32,000 nt of DNA from Methanococcus maripaludis (GCF_002945325.1 NZ_CP026606.1:930001-962000), one strand, 5' to 3'; shown: positions 20,278 to 31,775, counted from the first letter of the stretch. The notes: generated from the letters alone by a model not told the origin. Program-made: numbers and translations.

Positions 20278-20529
20278 ATGGAAGAAGAAAGAATCTATAC
20301 AATCCCTTTGAGAGACGTAACAAACAAAAGCCCTACAACAAAAAGAGCTCCAAGAGCTATAAGGGCAATTAGGGAGTTCTTGAAGAAACACATGAAATCA
20401 GATATTGTAAAACTTGACAATACAATAAACGAAAAAGTATGGGAAAGAAGCTTAAACAAAATCCCTGCTAAAGTTAGAGTTAAAGTTGTAAAAGAAGGAG
20501 ATGTTGTTAAAGCAACATTAGTAGAATAA
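20278..20529 (+). CDS. rpl31e: Ribosomal protein L31e
   Basis: [41 protein letters not shown]. Start at ATG 20278 after GGAGGTG; the ORF-track start at 20212 is too far upstream. Confidence 0.93.
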   Translation: MEEERIYTIPLRDVTNKSPTTKRAPRAIRAIREFLKKHMKSDIVKLDNTINEKVWERSLNKIPAKVRVKVVKEGDVVKATLVE

Positions 20530-20565
20530 TCTACCTGCTTCTTTCTTTAGAAACACTGTGGTACT

Positions 20566-21249
20566 ATGATAATGAAAACATATTTTTCTGGAGTGTCCAC
20601 ACCAGGAGTACATTCACTCGCAACTGAAGATTATGGGTTTTTTCCTCTTTCAGTTGATCAAAAAACGATGGAACGTATGAAAAACGTACTCGACATTCCT
20701 GCAACCCAATTAAACATTTCAAACAGCTCTTTAATAGGCTCCTTATGTGTTGGAAACTCCAACGGACTTTTAGTACCTAACATAACGACTGAAAAAGAAC
20801 TTGAATTAATTAAAATGTTTTTAAAAGAAAACAGTCTGGACGTTAATTTAGAAAGACTTAAAGCTAAAAACACGGCATTTGGTAACTTAATATTAACTAA
20901 CAATAAAGGATGCATAATTTCGGAAGAATTATCCAGATTTAGAAAAACTATTGAGGATGTACTAGACGTAGAATCCGGAGTAGGAAACTACGCTGAACTC
21001 CCAACAGTTGGTTCAAATGGAGTTGCAACCGATAAAGGATGCCTGGTTCACCCACTAACTGATGAATTAGAATTAGAATGGATTCAAGACATTTTAAGAG
21101 TGGACTATGTTGAAAGAGGCACTGCAAATAGGGGCGTAACTTCAGTTGGCGCGTGCATTCTCGCAAACACCAAAGGAGCTGTTGTCGGAGGCGACACGTC
21201 AGGTCCTGAAATCTTAAAAATTGAAGAAGCTCTAGATTTAATAGATTAA
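20566..21249 (+). CDS. eif6: Translation initiation factor 6
   Basis: [54 protein letters not shown]. Start at 20566 or 20572. Confidence 0.93.
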   Translation: MIMKTYFSGVSTPGVHSLATEDYGFFPLSVDQKTMERMKNVLDIPATQLNISNSSLIGSLCVGNSNGLLVPNITTEKELELIKMFLKENSLDVNLERLKAKNTAFGNLILTNNKGCIISEELSRFRKTIEDVLDVESGVGNYAELPTVGSNGVATDKGCLVHPLTDELELEWIQDILRVDYVERGTANRGVTSVGACILANTKGAVVGGDTSGPEILKIEEALDLID

Positions 21250-21267
21250 TATTATTTTGGTGATAAT

Positions 21268-21498
21268 ATGGCAAAAATCGTAAGAATAAAAGGAGAAATC
21301 GTTGGAAAAGATGAACCAATGGTATTTACAAAAGAATACAACGTTTTAAAAGAAAATGATGCTTTAGAAACCATGTATTCAGAAATTGGCAGCAAACATG
21401 CTGTAAAAAGAGCAAATATCAAAGTTGTAGAAATTTCAGAAATTTCTGTAGAAGAAATTCAAAGCCCGATTTTGAAAAAAACTCTTGAAATGAACTAA
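21268..21498 (+). CDS. rpl18a: Ribosomal protein L18a/LX
   Basis: 76 aa; MAKIVRIKGEIVGKDEPMVFTKEYNVLKENDALETMYSEIGSKHAVKRANIKVVEISEI, plus position after eif6. Confidence 0.88.
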   Translation: MAKIVRIKGEIVGKDEPMVFTKEYNVLKENDALETMYSEIGSKHAVKRANIKVVEISEISVEEIQSPILKKTLEMN

Positions 21499-21606
21499 TT
21501 ATTTTACTCTTTTTAAATTGTTTTGATTTCAATTGAAACTATTTTATATAATTTAAACAGAATATAATTTTACGATTATATTAACTTGTTTTATTCAGGT
21601 GATTTT

Positions 21607-22029
21607 ATGTCTGAAGAACGGATACAGTTTAACGCTAAAAAAGGAAAATGGTACGTTTCTAAAAAAATCAAAATTGATGAAAATACATCCAACGAAGAAA
21701 TTGCTAGAGTTTTAGCTTCGATCGAAGAAACACTCTCTATAAAAATAAAAGATTTTTTGCCGTTTGACATGGAAAAACTCAGGGCAATTGCTGATGAAAT
21801 ATACGAAAAGAAAAAGGGAAGAGTTAAAGAAGAAGATATTTCAGGAGCATTAACAAAATTAAAGTCTCCAGGAACTACAAAAAAATTGGGAACAATTGAT
21901 GATACAAAAGAAGGAAAAGAAATTTTAAAAAGACTTCTTACAGAAATTGTTTTAGAAAGACTAGGAATAACTTCAAAAATCGAAGCTAAAATGATTGAAA
22001 AATACATTGAAAAATCAAAGGCCAAATAA
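21607..22029 (+). CDS. Conserved hypothetical protein in the L31e-eIF6-LX cluster
   Basis: 140 aa, charged, soluble. ATG 21607 follows a GGTGAT RBS. No motif I can name with confidence. Confidence 0.75.
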   Translation: MSEERIQFNAKKGKWYVSKKIKIDENTSNEEIARVLASIEETLSIKIKDFLPFDMEKLRAIADEIYEKKKGRVKEEDISGALTKLKSPGTTKKLGTIDDTKEGKEILKRLLTEIVLERLGITSKIEAKMIEKYIEKSKAK

Positions 22030-22091
22030 ACCTTTAAAACTAAAATAAAACTCTTTTTTTGAAATTTAAAAAATTTAAAAAAGTTATTTAA

Positions 22092-23066
<975 letters not shown>

Positions 23067-23283
23067 CTATTTCTAGAGTTTTAATATAACAAGTATAATT
23101 ACTAATCAGCAATATAATGTACTTTCTATTCTCAATAAATAGAAAATTATATATATTAAAGGAGCTACAGCGAAATTTTGACCGATTAATAAACGTATTA
23201 CCCCAATTAACGTATTAATTAGCTATACTCAATTTTATATACGAAAAAGCCCAATTGGAACTTAGAAATTATCCGGTGATTTG

Positions 23284-24360
23284 ATGGATTTAATGTCCTT
23301 TAAAGAAAGAGAAATCTCAAAAAAAGACTGCGTTGAATTATTTGAAGATACAGAAAACTTTTTTGATATCTTAAAACTTGCAGATTCCATTAGAAAAGAT
23401 ATTGTCGGGGATACGGTTACTTTTGTAAAAAACACAAATATCGAAACCACAAACGTCTGTACCATGGGATGTAAATTCTGTGCATTCAGCGTTTCAAAAA
23501 ACAGCCCCGAAGCTTTCAAATTGGATGCGGATGAGATTGCTAAAAAAGCAGTTATTGCTAAAAAATCAGGACTTACAGAAGTTACAATCCACGGCGGAAT
23601 TCACCCTGATGTCGATACACACTTCCAAGTTGAAACAATAAATAAAGTAAACAGCGCAACTTCGAAACTCGGTGGAATATATACCCACGCATACTCCCCA
23701 CAGGAAATATTAAATGGCGCCGAAAATGCAGGACTTAGTATAAACGAAGCCTTAAAAATGTTAAATGAAGCAGGTTTAAGAACAATTCCTGGAACTGCTG
23801 CTGAAATACTCGATGATGAAGTAAGATCTGACATCTGTCCTTTGAAAATGTCTACTAAAAAATGGATAGATATCATGAAAACTGCGCATAAAACCGGAAT
23901 TAAAACAACTTCTACAATAATCTACGGTCATGTTGAAGAATACAAACATATTGTAGATCATTTATCAATCTTAAAAGAAATCCAGAAAGAAACCGGCGGT
24001 ATTACAGAATTTATTCCAATGTCATTTTTACATGAAAATACGCCCCTTTACAAATCCGGAAGAGTTACAGACGGTGCATCTGGACTTTATGAGTTAAAAC
24101 TCTATGCAATTGCTAGAATTTTATTTAAGGAAACTATCAAAAATATTCAGGCACCAAGAGTAAAAATTGGAACGAAATTGAGTCAGTTAATTTTAAAATC
24201 CGGTGCAAACGATCTTGGTGGAACTTTAGTAGAAGATAAAGTTTCAAAAGCTGCAGGAAGTATCTATGAAGATGCAAGCGTAGATTTAATGAGAAATGCA
24301 ATTACAAGCATTGGAAGAATTCCAAAAGAAAGAACAACACTTTATGAAATAATTGAATAA
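23284..24360 (+). CDS. cofH: FO synthase subunit 2 (CofH)-like radical SAM protein, copy 1
   Basis: CTMGCKFCAF (CxxxCxxC) and CofH-like C-terminus (GTKLSQLILKSGANDLGGTL). Active region differs from copy 2 (VTIHGGIHPD). Confidence 0.85.
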   Translation: MDLMSFKEREISKKDCVELFEDTENFFDILKLADSIRKDIVGDTVTFVKNTNIETTNVCTMGCKFCAFSVSKNSPEAFKLDADEIAKKAVIAKKSGLTEVTIHGGIHPDVDTHFQVETINKVNSATSKLGGIYTHAYSPQEILNGAENAGLSINEALKMLNEAGLRTIPGTAAEILDDEVRSDICPLKMSTKKWIDIMKTAHKTGIKTTSTIIYGHVEEYKHIVDHLSILKEIQKETGGITEFIPMSFLHENTPLYKSGRVTDGASGLYELKLYAIARILFKETIKNIQAPRVKIGTKLSQLILKSGANDLGGTLVEDKVSKAAGSIYEDASVDLMRNAITSIGRIPKERTTLYEIIE

Positions 24361-24475
24361 AATCCCTATTTTCCGTTTTTTAATGATTTAGTCCTGAATT
24401 AGCAGTTAATATCATCGAAATATTTAAATATTAAAAAATAGTCTTGAAGATATTTATAGATCGATTGGTGATTTG

Positions 24476-25555
24476 ATGGATTTGATGTCTTTTAAAGAAA
24501 AAGAAATCTCAAAAAAAGACTGCGTTGAATTATTTGAAGATACTGAAAACTTTTTTGATATATTGAAACTTGCAGATTCTCTTAGAAAGGATATTGCAGG
24601 TGACACGGTTACTTACGTTGTTAATGCAAATATTAACTTTACAAATGTCTGTAGTGGAACATGCAAATTCTGTGCATTTAAAGCAGAACACGGCGATCCA
24701 AACGCGTTTTTTTTAAGTCCTGAACAAGTTGCTAAAAAAGCACTCGAAGCTAGAAAAACGGGTGCTACTGAAGTTTGTATTCAAGGCGGCCTTTTAAAAG
24801 AAATTGATACCTATTTTCAAGCTGAAATCCTAAAAAAAGTCAAAGAAATCACCAAAACCTATGGGGGAATTGATGTGCATGCATTTTCCCCAATGGAAGT
24901 TAAATCCGCTGCAGAAAATGCGGGATTAAGTGTAAAAGAAGCTTTAAAAATTTTAAAAGAAAATGGTTTAAACAGCATGCCTGGAACTGCTGCTGAGATT
25001 CTGGATGATGAAGTAAGGTCTGAAATCTGCCCTACAAAATTAAAAACTTCTGAATGGATTGATGTTGTATCAACTGCACATAAAACTGGAATTAATACAA
25101 CTTGCACAATGATGTACGGCCATATCGAAGAAAATAAGCATCTTGCAGAACATTTATCAATTTTAAGAAAAATCCAAAAAGAAACTGGCGGTTTTACAGA
25201 ATTTGTGCCATTAACCTTTTTACATGAAAATGCGCCACTTCACCACATGGACCGAGTAAAAAGTGGAGCTTCTGGAATGCTTGATTTAAAAGTTTACGCA
25301 ATTTCAAGAATTTTCTTTAAAGATTATATCAAAAACATACAAACCTCCTGGGTAAAACTTGGAACAAAATTAAGCCAGATTTCATTGAATTGTGGTGCAA
25401 ACGATATCGGTGGAACTTTAATGGAAGAAAGCATTTCAAAAGCTGCTGGCGGAAGCTACGGAACGTACATGAGCGAAGAAAAATTAAAAGACATGGTTTT
25501 AGCAGTTGGAAGAATTCCAAAACAGAGAAACACATGTTACGAAATTATAGAATAA
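24476..25555 (+). CDS. cofH: FO synthase subunit 2 (CofH)-like radical SAM protein, copy 2
   Basis: CSGTCKFCAF, EVCIQGGL, TMMYGHIEE, WVKLGTKLSQISLNCGANDIGGTLMEE. Confidence 0.9.
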   Translation: MDLMSFKEKEISKKDCVELFEDTENFFDILKLADSLRKDIAGDTVTYVVNANINFTNVCSGTCKFCAFKAEHGDPNAFFLSPEQVAKKALEARKTGATEVCIQGGLLKEIDTYFQAEILKKVKEITKTYGGIDVHAFSPMEVKSAAENAGLSVKEALKILKENGLNSMPGTAAEILDDEVRSEICPTKLKTSEWIDVVSTAHKTGINTTCTMMYGHIEENKHLAEHLSILRKIQKETGGFTEFVPLTFLHENAPLHHMDRVKSGASGMLDLKVYAISRIFFKDYIKNIQTSWVKLGTKLSQISLNCGANDIGGTLMEESISKAAGGSYGTYMSEEKLKDMVLAVGRIPKQRNTCYEIIE

Positions 25556-25662
25556 ATAAAATAGATTTCCCCAATTTACTTTTCTTAACCTAAACTTACT
25601 TATTCTTTAAAACACTATTTTAAACTGTTTTTAAATCTTAAAAAATATTTAACTGTGAAAAT

Positions 25663-26142
25663 ATGGAAATAAAAAGAAGATACATGTTAAAAAAGAAAGA
25701 ATTAAAGGAATTAAAAGAAGAACTTGGAAATATTTTTGACGTTGAAAAAATAATTCCAAAAAAAGCAGTTGTTGAAAAAGCTGTAACCGAAGAAGGCGAA
25801 ATAATCCTTTTAGACGGAACTCCTCTTGCAATGGTAAACAGCGGGAGAATATTTCCAACACTCAAATTCCTTTTAGAAATGGATATTGAAAACAACAGGG
25901 TTATTGTAGACATGGGTGCTGTAAAATTCATCGCAAACGGTGCAGACATTATGGCCCCTGGAATCGTCGGAGCTGACGAAGATATAAAAGAAGGGGACAT
26001 TGTTTTTGTAGTTGACGTAACTCACAAAAAGCCATTATCTGTTGGAGAAGCTTTAATGGATGGAAAAACAATGGTTGAAGAAAAAAAAGGAAAAGCGATC
26101 AAAACCATTCATTTTATTGGCGATGAAATCTGGAAAATGTAA
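25663..26142 (+). CDS. PUA domain RNA-binding protein (MCT-1/DUF1947-like)
   Basis: N-terminal basic KELKELKEEL region, then PUA-like VIVDMGAVKFIANGADIMAPGIVGADEDIKEGDIVFVVD. Confidence 0.85.
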   Translation: MEIKRRYMLKKKELKELKEELGNIFDVEKIIPKKAVVEKAVTEEGEIILLDGTPLAMVNSGRIFPTLKFLLEMDIENNRVIVDMGAVKFIANGADIMAPGIVGADEDIKEGDIVFVVDVTHKKPLSVGEALMDGKTMVEEKKGKAIKTIHFIGDEIWKM

Positions 26143-26155
26143 AAAATAGATTATT

Positions 26156-26764
26156 ATGATAGAAATAATTGAAATAAATGGGATAAAGATAAAAACACAC
26201 CCTAAAGTATACGTTCCTGCGGAAGACAGCGAACTTTTAATAGAAAATTTAGTCGATGTACAAAATAAAACAGTCCTTGACGTGGGAACTGGAAGCGGAA
26301 TTCAGGCAATAAATGCCGTAAAACAGGGTGCTTTAAAAGTTATTGGGATCGATATAAATCCATATGCAGTAGAGTGTGCAAAAATCAATTCAGAATTAAA
26401 CGAAATTGATTCCAAAAAACTTTCCTTTAAAACAGGCGACCTCTTCAAAAATATTGATGAAAAATTTGACGTAATTTTATTCAATGCACCATACCTTCCA
26501 ACTTCTGACGAGGAAAAATTAGAAAAATATTTAAATTACGCTTTTGATGGCGGAAAAGACGGAAGAGAAGTTTTGGATAAGTTTTTAGATGAAGTAGCCA
26601 ACTATTTAAAAAAAGATGGAATTATTCAGATTCTTCAATCATCACTTACCGATGGAAATAAAACCATTGAAAAAATGGAAAAATTAGGATTTGTTGCGAA
26701 ACAAACCGGGTCTTTAAAATTTTCATTTGAAGAATTACAGGTGATTACAGGGTGGAAAAAATGA
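26156..26764 (+). CDS. HemK2/PrmC-like class I methyltransferase
   Basis: [43 protein letters not shown]. Confidence 0.85.
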   Translation: MIEIIEINGIKIKTHPKVYVPAEDSELLIENLVDVQNKTVLDVGTGSGIQAINAVKQGALKVIGIDINPYAVECAKINSELNEIDSKKLSFKTGDLFKNIDEKFDVILFNAPYLPTSDEEKLEKYLNYAFDGGKDGREVLDKFLDEVANYLKKDGIIQILQSSLTDGNKTIEKMEKLGFVAKQTGSLKFSFEELQVITGWKK

Positions 26765-27501
26765 AAGCTTTTGAAATCATAGAACTAATTGAAAAGTTTG
26801 CTCCAAAAGAACTTGCCGTACCCAGGGACAATATCGGCCTTCAGGTTGGATTAAACCTTGAAAAGGAAGTTGAAACATTAGGAATTGCACTTGACCCGTC
26901 CTTAGAAGTTATAAAAAAAGCAGAATCTGAAAACGTGGACTTTTTGTTTACCCACCACCCGATTTTAAAAGATCCAATAAGAAATTTTACAGGGCCAATT
27001 TACAAAAAACTCAAAATATTAACTAAAAAAGATATTCCACTTTACAGTGCACATACAAACCTGGATATTTGTAAAAACGGACTTAATGACTGTTTAGCTG
27101 AATTATATAATTTAAAAGATGTTAAAAATTTATATGAAGATGGTCTTGGAAGAGTTGGAACATTTGATGGAACTTTTGAAGATATTTTAAAAATTACGAA
27201 AGAAAATATATTCGCAGTTCCACAAACTGTCGTTCCTAAAAGCATATATGATAAAAAACAGTTAAAAGTGGCAGTTCTTTCAGGATACGGGCTTTCGCAA
27301 GATTCTATTAAATATGTATCAAATTTTGCAGATGTTTACATTTCTGGAGATTTAACTCACCACTCAAAAATCATTGCAGAAGAACTAGGGATAACAGTTA
27401 TCGATGGAACTCACTACGGAACCGAAGTTTACGGCTTAAAATCATTTTTAAAATATTTAGAAAAGAACATTCCTTGTAAAACAGTATCATTAGATTTTTA
27501 A
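26761..27501 (+). CDS. Nif3-like dinuclear metal center protein
   Basis: [26 protein letters not shown] and [18 protein letters not shown] overlaps the upstream stop region. Confidence 0.9.
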   Translation: MKAFEIIELIEKFAPKELAVPRDNIGLQVGLNLEKEVETLGIALDPSLEVIKKAESENVDFLFTHHPILKDPIRNFTGPIYKKLKILTKKDIPLYSAHTNLDICKNGLNDCLAELYNLKDVKNLYEDGLGRVGTFDGTFEDILKITKENIFAVPQTVVPKSIYDKKQLKVAVLSGYGLSQDSIKYVSNFADVYISGDLTHHSKIIAEELGITVIDGTHYGTEVYGLKSFLKYLEKNIPCKTVSLDF

Positions 27502-27590
27502 ATATATTTAAGCTCTTTTTTGCAGATTTTCTACTTAAATTAAATCATAAATTTATTATACCAATTAAAAACCATAATATATATGTCACT

Positions 27591-27614
27591 ATTTATAATC
27601 ACCATTTATAATCA
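27591..27614. repeat. Direct repeat ATTTATAATCA x2 at the HTH-CBS gene promoter
   Basis: Perfect 11-nt copies at 27591-27601 and 27604-27614 (13-nt period), near the TSS predicted from a TATA-like box at about 27574-27584. Confidence 0.65.
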
Positions 27615-27631
27615 TTTTTAACGGTGTAACT

Positions 27632-28543
27632 ATGGAACTTACAATAGTTCAGAAAGAAATACTTCAAGAATTAATTTCAATTTATAGGGAAAAAAATAAA
27701 GCTGTAAAGGGAACAGAAATTGCAGTTAAATTAAGTAGAAACCCAGGAACGATTAGAAACCAGATGCAGGCTTTAAGAGCACTAAATCTTGTTGATGGGG
27801 TTCCAGGTCCAAAAGGAGGATACATTCCAACGAGTTTAACCTACCGTTCACTCGGACTTGAAACAGAAGAAGAAATTACAGTTCCAATTTACAAAAGAGA
27901 CGACCTCGTTGAAGGAGTTAGTGTCATAAAAATCGTATTTGACACAGTTACAAGAGAAAAATCATGCTCTTCAAAAATTTACGTTAATGGGGACACTAGG
28001 AAATTTTCAGAAGGAGATGTTGTAAAAGTTGGGCCAACGCACCACAACAAAATTGTGATTTTGGGTAGGGTCGTTGGAAGAGATGATATAAACCATATCC
28101 TTTTAATGGATGTAATAAGTGTTGCAAGCGTTCCAGGAATCACTGTTGGGGATGTTGGAATAAAAGAAGAATTGATATACATAACTCCTGAAAAAACGAT
28201 TCGAGATGCCGCAAAACTACTTTCAGATGCAAATATCAGTGGAATTCCTGTAATGGATGGAAAAAAACTTCTTGGAGTATTGAGTCTTCATGATGTCGCA
28301 GATGCAGTTTCAAGAGGCCTTGAAAATGAAAATGTGACAAAATTAATGGCTGAAACGATACACACAATCTCAAAAAACGAGAAAATATATGATGCATTAA
28401 TTTTAATGGAAAAACATAATGTAGGACGGTTAATTGTACTGGATAATGAAGAAATCGCAATTGGAATTCTTACAAGAACAGATATTCTGAATTTAATCGA
28501 AGGTACAATCTTTCCAAAAATTCTAAAAAAGTATTTAAAATAA
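27632..28543 (+). CDS. Winged-helix DNA-binding protein with CBS domain pair
   Basis: N-terminal LQELISIYREKNKAVKGTEIAVKLSRNPGTIRNQMQALRALNLV HTH and two CBS repeats (DANISGIPVMDGKKLLGVLSLHDV, KHNVGRLIVLDNEEIAIGILTRTDIL). Confidence 0.88.
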   Translation: MELTIVQKEILQELISIYREKNKAVKGTEIAVKLSRNPGTIRNQMQALRALNLVDGVPGPKGGYIPTSLTYRSLGLETEEEITVPIYKRDDLVEGVSVIKIVFDTVTREKSCSSKIYVNGDTRKFSEGDVVKVGPTHHNKIVILGRVVGRDDINHILLMDVISVASVPGITVGDVGIKEELIYITPEKTIRDAAKLLSDANISGIPVMDGKKLLGVLSLHDVADAVSRGLENENVTKLMAETIHTISKNEKIYDALILMEKHNVGRLIVLDNEEIAIGILTRTDILNLIEGTIFPKILKKYLK

Positions 28544-28544
28544 G

Positions 28545-28835
28545 TTATTTCATTCTTTTCTTGAATTCTTCACTTAATTCTTCATAGGTAATTCCTGATT
28601 TTGCAAGAAGGACCATTGTATGAAAAATTAAATCCGCGCTTTCGTAAATTATTTCTGCTTTATCGTTGTCTTTTGCTGCAATAATAACTTCTGCAGCTTC
28701 TTCACCGACTTTTTCACAGATTTTATTTACTGCAGTTTTTTTGCCATCCGTTGTTAATTTAGCAACGTAAGAGCCTTCGGGTTTTTCTTCGATTCTTTTT
28801 TCGATCGTAGCATATACTTCTTTTAAAACATTCAT
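28545..28835 (-). CDS. hisE: Phosphoribosyl-ATP pyrophosphohydrolase
   Basis: [15 protein letters not shown] and [10 protein letters not shown]. Confidence 0.93.
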   Translation of the reverse strand: MNVLKEVYATIEKRIEEKPEGSYVAKLTTDGKKTAVNKICEKVGEEAAEVIIAAKDNDKAEIIYESADLIFHTMVLLAKSGITYEELSEEFKKRMK

Positions 28836-28872
28836 AAAATCACTAAAAAAGATTTATAAATTTAATTTTAAA

Positions 28873-29286
28873 TTATTGAATTTCTTTAAGTCTTTTTACC
28901 ATTTTAACAGCAGCTTCTACTGCGTTTTTACCGTAATCAATTCTATCTTCAGCCTGCATTCTTGTCATTCCAGGTCCCGCAATTCCAAGTGCAACTGGTT
29001 TTCCAAAGTCTAAAGATAAATCTGCAATTTTTCTTGCCGCGTTTTGAACTACAATTTCATCGTGTTCAGTATCTCCTTCGATAACGCATCCAATTGTAAC
29101 AACTGCATCGATGTCGTCTTTTTGAAGAAGTGTTTTGATTGCAAGAGGCATGTCAAATGATCCTGGAACCATTATTTTGTGGGAAACATTTGCACCTAAA
29201 AATTCAGCATGTTCTTCTGCCATTTTTTCCATCATGAATGTTAAATCCCTGTTGAATTCTGCGATAACAAATCCTAAGTTGACCAT
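28873..29286 (-). CDS. ribH: 6,7-dimethyl-8-ribityllumazine synthase
   Basis: VPGSFDMPLAIKTLL, VTIGCVIEGDTEHDEI, LDFGKPVALGI. 137 aa. Confidence 0.94.
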   Translation of the reverse strand: MVNLGFVIAEFNRDLTFMMEKMAEEHAEFLGANVSHKIMVPGSFDMPLAIKTLLQKDDIDAVVTIGCVIEGDTEHDEIVVQNAARKIADLSLDFGKPVALGIAGPGMTRMQAEDRIDYGKNAVEAAVKMVKRLKEIQ

Positions 29287-29334
29287 TTTTTCACCCTATT
29301 GATTTACAATAATAGTCTCATTGATTTTTAAACA

Positions 29335-29790
29335 TTATAAGTTTTTTGATAGTTCAAGATAGTTTTTTGCATTCTCTTTTATAGAATTTATTTCTTCATC
29401 AGTTAAAGTTCTTACAACTTTTCCAGGAACCCCTAAAACCATGCTATTTGGTGGAATTTCTTTATTTTGTGATACAAGTGCATTTGCGCCAATTATTGAG
29501 TTTTTACCGATTTTTGCGCCGTTTAGTACAGTTGAATTCATTCCAACGAGTACATTGTCTTCAATGGTACACCCGTGAATTACTGCACCATGCCCTACTG
29601 AAACGCCTTTTCCAATAAAAACAGGATAATCTTTTGAACAGTGCACAGTACAGTTATCCTGCACGTTTGAATCATCATCTATTTTTATTTTATTAATATC
29701 TGCCCGTAATACTGCTCCATACCAGATATTTACGTTTTTACCGAGTTCAACATCCCCAATAACAACCGCATTTTTCGCAATCTTCGCCAT
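29335..29790 (-). CDS. Gamma-carbonic-anhydrase-like hexapeptide-repeat protein
   Basis: NIWYGAVLRADINKIKIDDDSNVQDNCTVH, GHGAVIHGCTIEDNVLVGMNSTVL, NALVSQNKEIPPNSMVLGVPGKVVR. ATG 29790 follows GGTGA. Confidence 0.88.
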   Translation of the reverse strand: MAKIAKNAVVIGDVELGKNVNIWYGAVLRADINKIKIDDDSNVQDNCTVHCSKDYPVFIGKGVSVGHGAVIHGCTIEDNVLVGMNSTVLNGAKIGKNSIIGANALVSQNKEIPPNSMVLGVPGKVVRTLTDEEINSIKENAKNYLELSKNL

Positions 29791-29828
29791 TATATCACCA
29801 ATACATCCAATCAATATAAAAATTAAAA

Positions 29829-30140
29829 TTACCTTGTTTTATAAACTTTATCCCATTCTCGCTCAAATTCGTCCATGAACATCAGGGTTTTATCGACTTC
29901 TATTGCACAAACTTGTTGAAAATTAACCACTGCAAAGTTTTTCTTGTCTTCGTTGAATAACAGCGTGCCAGTTCCTTTTCCAGTTTCTAAATATTTAATA
30001 TACTTATTTTTAAGTTTTACTACCGCTTCGTAGTCGTATTCTCCTTCCAAGATACTTCCAGGGTAGTGTATCTTGATATATAGAGTTGGTCTTTTTTTCA
30101 AAAAAGCACCTCCAATTCTACTGTCAATTTTATATACCAA
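29829..30140 (-). CDS. Small conserved hypothetical protein
   Basis: 103-aa ORF filling the gap between flanking genes with a typical GGTG-type RBS. No recognised motif. Confidence 0.65.
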   Translation of the reverse strand: MVYKIDSRIGGAFLKKRPTLYIKIHYPGSILEGEYDYEAVVKLKNKYIKYLETGKGTGTLLFNEDKKNFAVVNFQQVCAIEVDKTLMFMDEFEREWDKVYKTR

Positions 30141-30158
30141 TCATAATTATTTAAGGTT

Positions 30159-31268
30159 ATGATCGGATTTAGAATGACTTCAAAAAACAAGTACAGTATT
30201 TCAAAATTATATCCTCTAGTAGGTGGGACACTATTCAAAGAATTTAGCGAAATAATTGAAAATCTGGATTCTTTAGATATTTTAATATATTCATTTATGA
30301 GTATGCAGGAAAAAGAAGTTTTAAACGAAATAAATGAATTAAAAAAACTAAAAAAAGATGTTATATTAATTGCGGGAGGAGCTCACCCATCAGGATGTCC
30401 AGAAGATACATTAAACATGGGATTTGACCACGTAATAATTGGTGAAGGGGAAATTTCACTACCAAATCTTATAAATTCTATAAAATCTGGAAAAACTTCT
30501 GAAAAAATAATTAAAGGAATAATAATTGAGAATTTTGACAATTATGAAAAAATATGGCCCCTTGCACCAATAGAAATTACAAGAGGGTGTCCCTACAACT
30601 GTAGATTCTGCCAGACTCCCCAAATATTTGGAAAAAATATAAGGCATAGAAGTATTGAAAGTATCGTAAAAATTGTAAAAACTATGGGCGATATCCGGTT
30701 TGTAACCCCAAACGCGTTTTCATATGGGTCCAAAACAGGAACAAAACCAGATATTGAAAAACTTGAAAAATTGATGAAAAGTCTCTTTGAAATTAAAAAA
30801 AGGCTCTTTTTTGGAACTTTTCCATCAGAAGTAAGGCCGGAATTTGTAAAATTTGAAACACTTGATTTAGTAAATAAGTATTGCGACAATAGATACATTC
30901 ATTTTGGAGCGCAGAGCGGAAGCGATGAAGTTTTAAAACATATAAGACGCGGTCACACAGTTTCAGATGTTATAAATGCTGTTGAAACGTCTAAAGAATG
31001 TGATTTAATTCCAAAAGTTGATTTTATATTTGGTTTTCCAGACGAAACAAAAGATCAAAGAAAAGAAAGCATTGATCTGATGAAATACATTATAAAAAAG
31101 AATGGAAAAGTCCATGCACACTATTTTATGCCCCTTTGTGGAACTTACTTTGAAAACAGCACCCCAGAATTACTTGAAAAAGAAACCTTAGATATTTTAG
31201 GAAAAATGGCAAAAAAAGGACAGATTACTGGTTCGTGGGGATACCAGTACTCCAAAAATTTAGAATGA
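30159..31268 (+). CDS. Radical SAM protein with N-terminal B12-binding-like domain
   Basis: ITRGCPYNCRFCQTP (CxxxCxxC), N-terminal VILIAGGAHPSGCPEDTLNMGFDHVIIGEGE, HFGAQSGSDEVLKHIRRGH. Confidence 0.85.
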   Translation: MIGFRMTSKNKYSISKLYPLVGGTLFKEFSEIIENLDSLDILIYSFMSMQEKEVLNEINELKKLKKDVILIAGGAHPSGCPEDTLNMGFDHVIIGEGEISLPNLINSIKSGKTSEKIIKGIIIENFDNYEKIWPLAPIEITRGCPYNCRFCQTPQIFGKNIRHRSIESIVKIVKTMGDIRFVTPNAFSYGSKTGTKPDIEKLEKLMKSLFEIKKRLFFGTFPSEVRPEFVKFETLDLVNKYCDNRYIHFGAQSGSDEVLKHIRRGHTVSDVINAVETSKECDLIPKVDFIFGFPDETKDQRKESIDLMKYIIKKNGKVHAHYFMPLCGTYFENSTPELLEKETLDILGKMAKKGQITGSWGYQYSKNLE

Positions 31269-31272
31269 AAAT

Positions 31273-31752
<480 letters not shown>

Positions 31753-31775
31753 TTAAAATAGCTAATTAAATGTAA

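Noticed and set aside
23281-25555. One cofH copy as a pseudogene
   Set aside because: Both frames are intact, full length and keep the radical SAM cysteines.
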